64,000 bases of DNA from positions 620,001 to 684,000 of the forward strand of contig OZ287699.1 in the NCBI GenBank assembly GCA_965649825.1, read 5' to 3'. The notes under the pieces are model-generated. The model did no database searches. It was given only the letters and a program-made list of their open reading frames with translations, and was not told the origin of the DNA. Made by a program: the position numbers and the translations under genes. This stretch comes from Penicillus capitatus (lineage: Eukaryota; Plantae; Chlorophyta). Positions 35,549 through 44,721 of this stretch are shown here, in pieces; positions within the stretch are counted from its first letter, which is position 1; every line of letters begins with the position of its first letter.

Positions 35549-35561
35549 CGCTCCGAAACCA
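35549..35561 (-). other. Primer-binding site of outer element, TGGTTTCGGAGCG
   Basis: 2 nt after the 5' LTR; identical to inner PBS. Confidence 0.9.
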
Positions 35562-35563
35562 AT

Positions 35564-35707
35564 TGTGATCCCATCGCGATGAATTGTATTAAAAAACGAG
35601 GTTTGCAGCGTTTTGTTAAAAAGGGCGTTATTCACAGAATCTAGGATCTTTTGTATGAACAGGTCATTTCATCGTATCAATCAAATCACTGGATCCTCGG
35701 CTTGACA
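35564..35707 (-). repeat. 5' LTR of outer element
   Basis: Identical to 26123-26266. Confidence 0.97.
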
Positions 35708-35819
35708 GTATCCTTGTGGAACTAGCAGGCAGGGCCTTAGCTTTATTCCTACTTTTCCTGATCGCGCACATGAGGCAGACGGGTGTGCACTGCCGATGAA
35801 AGGGGGTAGGTGTGACTCT

Positions 35820-36085
35820 CAGACATCTTGGACCGTCTTTTCTTTAATTTTTCGGCATCTTTTCCCTCTTAGGCGTCGTCTATTGTCTCTTTCCTTTGTT
35901 TGCTTTCCTTCTGACCGTTGCTTACCTGTTTCCTTTATGTTTTGTGTATCCATTTTGGACTTTCCTTTTCCGGCTTACTCGCTTACTTGCATGTACCTCT
36001 TCAACGGTTTTTGGTTTTTTTTCGTTTTTTCCTTACCTTTTTTCTCGTGTTTTTCTTATCCGGGTCCAGTTTTTTTTGCTTCTTT
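35820..36085 (+). repeat. T-rich low-complexity segment
   Basis: Dense T runs on the plus strand; similar composition to 39030-39480. Confidence 0.7.
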
Positions 36086-36309
36086 CATGTTGTGGACCCC
36101 CACCCTAATGTCCGCACAACGCGCCGTTGTATCGAGAGTCGTACAATTTACCTCCAAGTAGTCGAACACCAATTGCATCTCGTTCTCCTCGCGCACCTTG
36201 ATCGGATCAGGTGTCAGTGCTCGTCAGGGTTACCTCCCGCACCACACTGCAGCGACGTGCGTTGCTGCCTGTCCGATCCACCCGTCTCGCAGAGGGTAGC
36301 GATTCTTGC

Positions 36310-37297
36310 AGTCTGGTCGACGAAGCAGTGACGAACGAGCGTGCGTGGCGAAAGAGCGAGGTGGCCGATCGCAGGCGACAAGCGCTACGAAGTCGTGACG
36401 AATCCGCCTACCGTCAAGAACGTGAGCCAGGCCTGTCCGCGTTTCGTCTCCCATTTCTCCATTCCAGTTGCTGCTGAACGAGAGGCCGATCGCCGGACAC
36501 CCTGTCTTCTCGCTCTGTAAAGTGCGCCGCGTTCGTTTCCGGACTGCTGCCGACCTGCGTCTTGCGCAGCTCGAATTCGCCGACGAATCTGCCTGTCTGT
36601 GGCAGTGGTTCACCAGGACATCGAAAAGTTGCTCGCCGCAGCCGCGCAGTCGGGGAAGAGATCACGTTCTGTTCACAGGAACGTCGTGGACGAAGTTGGA
36701 AGCCGCCACAGAGAGGGTCTACACTTCGGCACCGCCAGACGTGGGTCGATTACTGGGAGTCGAGTGCACGCCGGTCGCCCGAGACGTCGAAGAAGAAGGA
36801 GCAGAAGGAGCGTCTGTCCACGGCGAGTCGCGTTTCGCCGAACAGGGTTCGTTTTCCCCTCGCTGGGTACCGACGCACGTACCGTTCGCCGCAGGTCCCG
36901 TGGCTCCCGGAAGGGAGAAGGCGTCCGGAGACGGCCGACACGAGCTGACGCCTCGGACACTCGAATCCCCGTCCTTCCGCGTGGTCACCTACAACGTCCT
37001 CGCTGACTCCTACGTTTCGAGGCCGAACGCGAAGAGCGTTTTCGGATACTGCAGCCCCAGGCGCGTCTACGCCTCCTGTCTTCTGAAACTGACCCGAGCG
37101 TTCTGCCAGCGATCTCGACATCGACGTGCGGAAGCAGCTTGTGCTCAACTTCTCGGCTACCACGCAGATATTGTCTGCTTGCAGGAGTGCGACCAGAAAG
37201 CCTTCGACACCTACTACTGTCCCCACCTCCAGGCCGAAGGTCACGTCAACGGAAGGGTATCTCTCTCCCATCTATCGTCTCTGTAGGATTTGCCCCC
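36310..37297 (+). pseudogene. Truncated, frameshifted PDE12/CCR4-like (EEP) phosphodiesterase fragment retaining introns
   Basis: VDEAVTNERAW, YEVVTNPPTVK, IAGHPV, FRVVTYNVLADSY, DLDIDVRKQLVL, LGYHADIVCLQE; apparent frameshifts near 36363 and 37148; homology stops ~37297 with no GDFN/SDH motifs. Confidence 0.75.
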
Positions 37298-39029
37298 GCG
37301 ACCGAACGGCATCGACTCGGAACTGTCCAGAACGCGCGTCATGGGCGGCGTGGACTCGACAATGGGATCTGGTGCTGCTGTTCTCTGGACTGCTAGGGGG
37401 CTCGGGGACGCGTGGCATGGGACGGTTGGCGTCTGAATCGACAGATGCAGCGAAGGATGAAGCCTCTGGGAGAATCCAGTGTAAGCCATGCAGGTAACGA
37501 ACTGTCCCCGGCGCGATGGACAAGGGACATTTCAGAAGAGGACAGTGCATTGGGCACCGCATCGTGATCTGACGGTTGACGGACCGCCATGGTAGATGCA
37601 GAGGGTCGCCGTTCATTTTTTAGAACCCCGTTTTTCGATATCGCTATGGACGAGATGATTGGTCGTCCGTTTTGCGTCCAACCGGTTCAGACGACGATTA
37701 CGATGATTCCCCGGATGCAAAATATCCTGTCGCCGGAAACGAGGCCAAGCAAAAAAGGGCAGAGCGCCAAGGTATGTGTTCGCAGGCAAAACGTAAAACG
37801 ACTTGCGTTTCTCTAACGCCGCCCTTAGGTCAAAAGCCACCCAAGAGAAAGACGATTCGCGTTGCGCAGGTGGCGCTTTAGAACAGAAGCCGAGACAACG
37901 AACTTCATCAAGGCCAACGGGTATAACACGACAGGTCAGCAAGAAGCTGCGTCGTTCGATGTTTTTCAAAACGTGTTTTTCGGCAGTGCTACGGGAGCAT
38001 CTGACTCAGGCGGGATTCAATACGACGTGCTGTCACAAGAGAGCATAGAGACGCGAAGCTTTCGGGCGGAGGTCGGTTTGAATGGCGCCCGTCTCAGAAC
38101 TGGATATATACGGTACGAGCTTTGTCATGGATGGCATTCTGGCAAAGGTGTTGTGTGCTGAGTAGACTCTGGACGAGTGCGTTTGTCGCTCAACAACAGC
38201 CTGGGTTCGAATGTGATGAGTATGTGGTGGCTGTGCTGCGCCTTCTGGGTCATCAGCTCGAAGGATGGCCAGAGCTCGTGCGTCGTATGTACGAGAAACT
38301 GCAAGAGCTCGATCTTCGTGCTGTTTTGAGCCCGTCGCGTCGGAGATTGAGTGAACATTTTGGTATTTTGCCGAACACAGCAATGGAAACACCGGCGGGC
38401 ATTACTTCGAGTGGACACACAGGGGGACCTTCAGTGCTGGCGAGCAGCAGACGTCCTGATCAGGACTACCGCAACAGTGGATGGATATTGACGGCCCAGA
38501 AGCTCTCGATGGTTTGATGAGAAGCTACGCCGGCGCCGATCGACACGCCATCGTCAACAGCGACGACGCGCCTGTAGCAGGAGACGATGAACATGATGAC
38601 GATATAGACAAGACGCCACTGGAAAACGGCGACGGGGACGGCGACGAGGAAGATACGCTGTTGCCTCTCCTAATCGACGATGATGATGACCGCGATCTGC
38701 CGCTACTTGGACGGGGCGGAGTCGACGGTGGTAGGGATGGAGCTGTCGTCGGAGTCTCTGCCTTCAGATCGACTCTCCAATCGCCCAGATGGGTCCACTC
38801 AACCTTGTCCTGTTAAGTAAGTCATCCGACGAATTCCTCCGCCCAACTAATCGCCATCTGCCTGCAGGACCAGCTTCCCCCAGTGGGGAGCTGGCGCCCG
38901 GGACACTTCAACGGCATTAGGGGGGTGTGAAACCAGTGCCGAGGGGCGCCTGCGTTGTCCAAGTACCGGAAGCTGTAGGTCGGTACTCTGCGGGCAAGCG
39001 TAGCAAGGCGAGCCCTGCCTGCGGCCTTT

Positions 39030-39480
39030 TTGAATTTTGGCCCGCGCGCGATCGATCGTCTTTTTTGCTGGCCGTTTTTTAGTTTTTTTTTCTATTCTGG
39101 CCGTGGGCAGGGTCATTTTTTTCTGCGGCCATACTCGCGGACGCGCCATTTTATATTTTGTTTTTTCACTTCTCCCTTCTCTGTTTATTTTTCATGCCAC
39201 CGCCGCATTTTTTCGTTACGGTGGTGCCTTCATGACATCTGTTCGCGTTTTTTCTTTGTGTTTTGTGTGTCTGGGATATGGACCTGTCCCTTTTTCTCAC
39301 TTTCTTGCATTTTTTTCCTCGCCCGCGTGATTTGCATTCTCGTTTTTTCTGTTTTTTTTTTCTTTCCTTCTTTTCTCTGTTCTTCTTTCTCTTCCTCCCT
39401 TCTTCATGTCCGGCTTCGCTCTCCGTTGCGTTCTCTACGTTCTGCACGGCACGTTTTTTCTATTTCGCCGAGAGACGGCC
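39030..39480 (+). repeat. T-rich low-complexity segment
   Basis: Dense T runs; the overlapping Phe-rich and Lys-rich ORFs are compositional artefacts. Confidence 0.7.
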
Positions 39481-39739
39481 CCAAGGTGGAAAGCCGTTAG
39501 CGACTTTGTCGAGTGGCACGTGGGATTGTTTCCAGAGCCTGGGGGATCGCTCTCTTGATGCAGTAAGTTCCTAAATCTTTAAATCTCACATCTGCTAACT
39601 ATCTTTGTGTTTCAGATCCACCTAATGGGTCCGGGCTCCTGGGACGGGGTTGAGATGGACCCATCATCTCTTTCAGACCTCATTGAACATCCAGATCTGT
39701 GACACCGACAGGCGAAGACAGAATATCACAAAGCATCCA

Positions 39740-41250
39740 GCAGCTTATGATGAAGACGACAGCAGAAGACAAGCTGGATCATTTGACAGCCGATGATGAA
39801 GATGAAGACGATAAACTACGATCGCGCCGCCAGCAGTCCACGATCGGCCACAGATCTGACATCCGACAGCTGCGATGAACACGATAAAGTACGATCGAGC
39901 CTGCAGAGCATCTGATCGATCGATCGATCGATCGGATCCGACATCCGAAGACGACTAACTATGATCAAGCTCCGGCAGCAACCGATCGAGCCTTATATTT
40001 GACATCCGACAGCTGCGATGAACACGATAAACTACGATCGAGCCTGCAGAGCATCTGATCGATCGATCGATCGGATCCGACATCCGAAGACGACTAACTA
40101 TGATCAAGCTCCTGCAGCAACCGATCGAGCCTTATATTTGACATCCGACAGCTACGATGAAGACGATAAACTACGATCGCGCCTACAGAGCATCCGATCG
40201 ATCGGATCCGACATCCGAAGACGACTAACTATAATCGGGCTCCGGCAGCAACCGATCAAACCTTACATTTGACATTCGACAGCTACGATGAAGACGATAA
40301 ACAACGATCGAGCCTACAGCATCATACGATCGATCTGATTCGACATCTGACATCCGACAGTCTACGATCAAGCCTCTAGGCAGACATCATATGATCTGAG
40401 ATCCGATAGCCCATCGATAAAGACGACAACCCATGATGAAGGATCTGGCAACAGACATCCTATGATCCGAAATTCGGCAGCAGATAACTAATATGATCTG
40501 ACATCTGACGGCAATGATGAAGACGACGGCCTCTGATCTGGAATCCGACAGCCATTGATGAAGCCTGCAACAGTCTATGATGAAGTCTCCGGTAGACAGC
40601 CTATATGATGAAGACGACAACCTATGATGAAGACGACAACCTATGATCTGGAATCTGACAGTCTATGATGAAGACGACAATGTACCATGAAGCCTCCAGC
40701 AGACAGTCTTATGATCCGACATCCGATGGTCTACGATGAATCCGACAATCTATAAGGATGAACAACCGACGATGAAGCCTCCAGCAGCCTCTGATCGGAC
40801 ATTCGACGGCATATGATGAAGACGACATCCTAGATCTGGAATCTGACGGCGTATGATGAAGACAAAAAGCCTACGATCAGGCCTCTAGCAGCAGACATCT
40901 TATATGATCTGAGATCCGAAAAAACTAAGACGAAGACGACAGCCTACAATAAAGCCTCCAGCAGACAGCATATACGATCTGGAATCTGACAGCCATTGAT
41001 GAAGCGTGCAACAGTCTGTGATGGAGCTTCTGACAGCAGAACACTTATATGATCTGGAGTTCGACAACCACTGATGAAGAGGATAAACTACAATGAAGCC
41101 TTTAGCAGCCTCTGATCTAAAATCTGACGGTGTTCGATGAAGACAACAACCGACGATGAAGCAAGCCTCCAGCAGCAGGCAACTTATGATTTGACATCCG
41201 GCAGTCTATGATAAAGAAAGCAGCAGAAAGCCTATTATCAGCCTACAGCA
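39740..41250 (+). repeat. Degenerate tandem-repeat array; core units 143, 139 and 131 bp starting at 39858, 40001 and 40140
   Basis: Unit gacatccgacagct(g/a)cgatgaa(c/g)acgataaa...(gatc)n...cctta(t/c)attt; flanks decay into shorter gatgaagacgac/gacatccgacag subrepeats. Confidence 0.9.
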
Positions 41251-42045
41251 CCATATAATTCCTGATTTGACAGCAGCAGCAGACAGCCTTTTCTAATGCC
41301 GATCGCGTACATTTCAGTTGTTGTGTGATATTCTTAATTACTTCTAGACGAATAATCATATGGCGTTTCTGCATTTCTCTGTGCCAGTTTTTATCTTTTG
41401 AGCATTCAAAATGTTGGACTTGTGTCAACTGGATTTTACAACTTTGATAATGTCGTGCTGAATCGATCACATTCTGCCCGTTAAGCTTCGCTTGCCGACG
41501 GAGTTGCCGGTCTGCCGCGCATCGAGAGCGACAACAACGGAAGGCTTAACAAGTGTTCGGAGCAAGGTGTTTTGCAAGGTACAGATCTTCATTTAATACT
41601 CGCATGGCAAGGTGACTTTCGAGGCAGATGTGTTTAGCAGCCCGCTAGAACCAGAGAAAAGCGCCCGTTTGGAAAATCAAAAGTCCATTCAACCAAACAG
41701 TGAACACACTTTGACGCACTTGATCCTTGTCCAACAAGACAGTCTTGTCGATTAGGGAAACCATGGCGACAGACCGCAAGTCCCTTTTACACAAACTTAC
41801 ACTTCCTCGCTATTCCTTTGCAGACCACAATGCACCGCTATTCTACACTGTCTGGTTATATATTACATTTTTTTCGATAGTGCCACTTGTAAAGACTTCT
41901 CAATTAATCAATAACCAATGTTCATTCAAGCATCTTTTCGCGTGAGGTACCACGTAAGAGCAAGCGCTGAGTAGACGATACCTGACGATTGCTTAGGTGC
42001 AACGAAAAGCAAAAGGAGGAACCCGTTTTTTAGCAGACGATCCGA

Positions 42046-42961
42046 GCAGATTTCGATGAAAAGGTTCGAGGATCTGCAGATCTGTGGTTGGTGGAGTTCT
42101 ATGCTCCCTGGTGCGGTCATTGCAAAAACCTGAAGCCCGAATGGGAACAGGCAGCGACGAAGCTGAAAGGGAAGGTGCACGTGGGCGCCGTGGACTGTAC
42201 GTCACACGAATCGCTCTGCGGACAGTTCGGCGTTCAAGGCTTTCCGACGATAAAGTTCTTCGGAACGCAAAAACAGGAACCCGAGGATTACAGTGGTGGC
42301 AGAGATGCTGCATCCATCGTTGCCTTTGCCACGACAAAGTGGTCGAAGATGGCTCCTCCCCCGGAGGTGGTGGAACTGACGGAGACGTTCGTGTTAGAAA
42401 AGCACTGCACGGGGTCCGATGACGATCATGTTCCCAAACAGCTCTGTCTCATTGTCTTTCTCCCACACATCCTCGACAGTCGGGCCGAGGGACGCAAGGC
42501 CTATCTCAAGATTCTGCAAAAGGTGTCAGAGAATTACAAAGAGATGTCGTATGGGTATCTATGGGCAGAGGGAGGAAAGCAGAAAAGGGTGGAAGAAACC
42601 TTTGGAATTGGAGGGTTTGGATATCCGGCCGCTCTACTCTACAGTCCAAGGAAGAACGCTTACTCTGTTTTGAAAGCAGGACTGGATTACAAACACTGTG
42701 TCGAGTTCATCGACAGCCTAAGACACGGATTCGAGAAAGTGACTCAGATAGATGGACCATTAGCGGACGCGGAGACAACCATCCCGTGGGATGGAAAAGA
42801 CGCAACAGAAGAGCTGAAAGACGAATTCGACCTAGAAGACATAATGAACGAAGAACTCTGAGATCTACAGGCAGTAGATATAATATCCCGATGCAAGCCC
42901 TTGGACTGGGATAGTGCTGTTGACAATGGTGATGATGATGATGACATCTTAAACTTTTGAA
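42046..42961 (+). pseudogene. 5'-truncated duplicate of the PDI gene (second thioredoxin domain to 3' UTR)
   Basis: Encoded protein identical to the C-terminal part of 16376-17713; lacks ATG, signal peptide and first CGHC domain. Confidence 0.9.
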
Positions 42962-43086
42962 ACAAAGAATCTGAGAACATTTTGCGTTCTCCCCCACGAG
43001 TGATGTACCTAACGAACGATAGACGAGTGCCTTTCAAGGCTGCCTTCAATCTGAGTATAAAATGTAAAAACAAACAACTGCTCGCT

Positions 43087-44721
43087 TTATTGAGCATCGT
43101 GATGCATGACCCGACTCCAAAGGCCTGTCTGAGTGTAGGACAAGAAACAGGCGGATCTTCCACAGCTCTCCATCACTTGATTCTGTGTCATGCGACTGAT
43201 GGTATCTGATAGCCGCCACCAAAGTTTTTCATTTTGTCGTAAATACAGAACATAGTATCCTGTCTTGAGAGAATTTCCTTCATGGGCTACAATAGCCGTG
43301 AGTTCATAGTTCAGGTGTGCTGTGGAGGCAGCCATAAAAGGAAACGAGCTGTGATCGAGTTTAAGCTGCATCGGAAAACCAAAGTAATGCAAAAGTTTGA
43401 CATCTTTTCGCTGAAATGCATCGAATTTGAATCGCTTCAGCATCAATCGCAGGACAGGAGGAAAAGATGAAAACTGAGTCGAACGCTGAACACTCAGTGG
43501 CGAGACACTGGCCTTCACTGGTTGCCCGTCTTCTAATGTACAGGCGTTTTTGAGAGCATCAGAGAAACTGGAAACATTCATAGTGTCCAATTGAAGGACA
43601 TCGAAACGACGCAAATGCGCCGTACAGAGATTCTGAAAAGAATGAACATAGCTTCCGACAAAAAGAGAATGAAAGGGAGAGTCTTCTGGCTCCTTCCAGT
43701 ATGACCCCAGACGCCATGTAAAGTACTGAAAGAACTCCCAGAACTCAAACGCCTTGCTCAAATCTTTCAGTTGAGATCCATAGGCTCTGAACACGATCAT
43801 GAGATCCACCGTATCGCATGCGGGATTCTCCATATCGCCAAAGACTTTCTTGACGGCAGAAAGGAGTGCAGCACCTTCCCGTTGGCGATCTTGGATCTTC
43901 GTAGTGGACACGGCCTTCCGGATGCAGCCGAAATGAAAGAGATAACGCAATGCCACTTCGAAGATCGATAGTATGCCGAAACCATAGGTCGCGAAGATCT
44001 TCTTCATAGGCGGCTTCGTCTGATGTCGTATGCTCTCTCGGACGTGGAACATGACGGAAAACCGAGAATCGCGTGTTCGTGTCAGATTTGGATCCAGAAT
44101 CTGATCCATGGGCACAAGGATAGTGAAACTCGAATTAGGAAAATTTACAAAGCGATGTGTGCACTTGTGCTTGATCATCACCATCGTATTCCCAGCGCTC
44201 TGGAGACTGATCTTAAAGTAGACGAGGCGTTCGGTTGTCTCCTGGTCAGGAGAAATCCATTCGACAGAAACGGCAACATAGGACCGAAGCTCGTCGCGTT
44301 GGTGCACCTGAAACAGCTGAGCACACAACCGCCACTTCTCTCCTGCGCATGTGAAGGTGCCGGATTCTGCATGGTCTCTTCCAATCAGACTCAGTCCATT
44401 GGGGACATTCCACTGGAAGAAGTTCTGTGTGGTCTGTGGTAAAGACGAAGACTCTTCGAGAGCGGGAGATAGACAGTTAAAACAACCACAGAAAATAGAA
44501 AGTCGCCGTGAGTGCAACACTTCCTGGTTTCTCTCGGACATGGATGAACCGACCACACAAACCCGTAAACACGGTGATGAACAACCGTCATTCAACGCAT
44601 CGCTAAGTTCGTTCGACATGCGCTCGAGATATGGCACCCACTGTTTGATACCATAGATAGACAACAACAAAGAATCGTCGGTGTCCAAAAAAGAGGAATA
44701 TCTGTTGATACATCCATCCAT
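43087..44721 (-). CDS. MATH plus USP (peptidase C19) domain protein, USP7/UBP12-like, catalytically degenerate
   Basis: MATH-like FQWNVP...FTCAGEKWRL; USP-like LFHFGCIRKAV, FPPVLRLMLKRFKFD, YELTAIVAHEG...GYYV...WWRLSD; first ATG overlaps the IleRS stop. Confidence 0.8.
   Translation of the reverse strand: MDGCINRYSSFLDTDDSLLLSIYGIKQWVPYLERMSNELSDALNDGCSSPCLRVCVVGSSMSERNQEVLHSRRLSIFCGCFNCLSPALEESSSLPQTTQNFFQWNVPNGLSLIGRDHAESGTFTCAGEKWRLCAQLFQVHQRDELRSYVAVSVEWISPDQETTERLVYFKISLQSAGNTMVMIKHKCTHRFVNFPNSSFTILVPMDQILDPNLTRTRDSRFSVMFHVRESIRHQTKPPMKKIFATYGFGILSIFEVALRYLFHFGCIRKAVSTTKIQDRQREGAALLSAVKKVFGDMENPACDTVDLMIVFRAYGSQLKDLSKAFEFWEFFQYFTWRLGSYWKEPEDSPFHSLFVGSYVHSFQNLCTAHLRRFDVLQLDTMNVSSFSDALKNACTLEDGQPVKASVSPLSVQRSTQFSSFPPVLRLMLKRFKFDAFQRKDVKLLHYFGFPMQLKLDHSSFPFMAASTAHLNYELTAIVAHEGNSLKTGYYVLYLRQNEKLWWRLSDTISRMTQNQVMESCGRSACFLSYTQTGLWSRVMHHDAQ

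Larger units (their letters stand above)
26123..35707 (-). mobile_element. Outer Ty3/gypsy LTR retrotransposon (~4.8 kb once the nested insert is removed)
   Basis: Identical 144-bp TG...CA LTRs (26123-26266, 35564-35707); 4-bp TSD GTAT (26119-26122, 35708-35711); PBS, PPT, and gag-PR then RT-RH-IN order. Confidence 0.97.

Noticed and set aside
25934-36085. Reassigned genetic code (TAA/TAG = Gln, as in some ulvophytes), suggested by a Lys-rich minus-strand frame across the outer LTR insertion site that is broken only by TAR codons
   Set aside because: VTE1 ends at its conserved PPGL with TAA, NDUFS4 and the exonuclease also end in TAA, and 1000-1500-codon ORFs contain no internal TAR. TAA is simply common in A-rich DNA.
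35796-39574. Phe-rich 'membrane' ORFs and Lys-rich ORFs over the T-rich tracts
   Set aside because: Compositional artefacts of poly-T/poly-A runs with no domain signal.
39740-41250. CRISPR-like array
   Set aside because: Eukaryotic context; units are degenerate tandem repeats with no unique spacers and no cas genes.
35708-42045. Helitron carrying the gene fragments
   Set aside because: No TC...CTRR termini with a correctly spaced hairpin and no Rep/helicase ORF found; the capture mechanism is left open.
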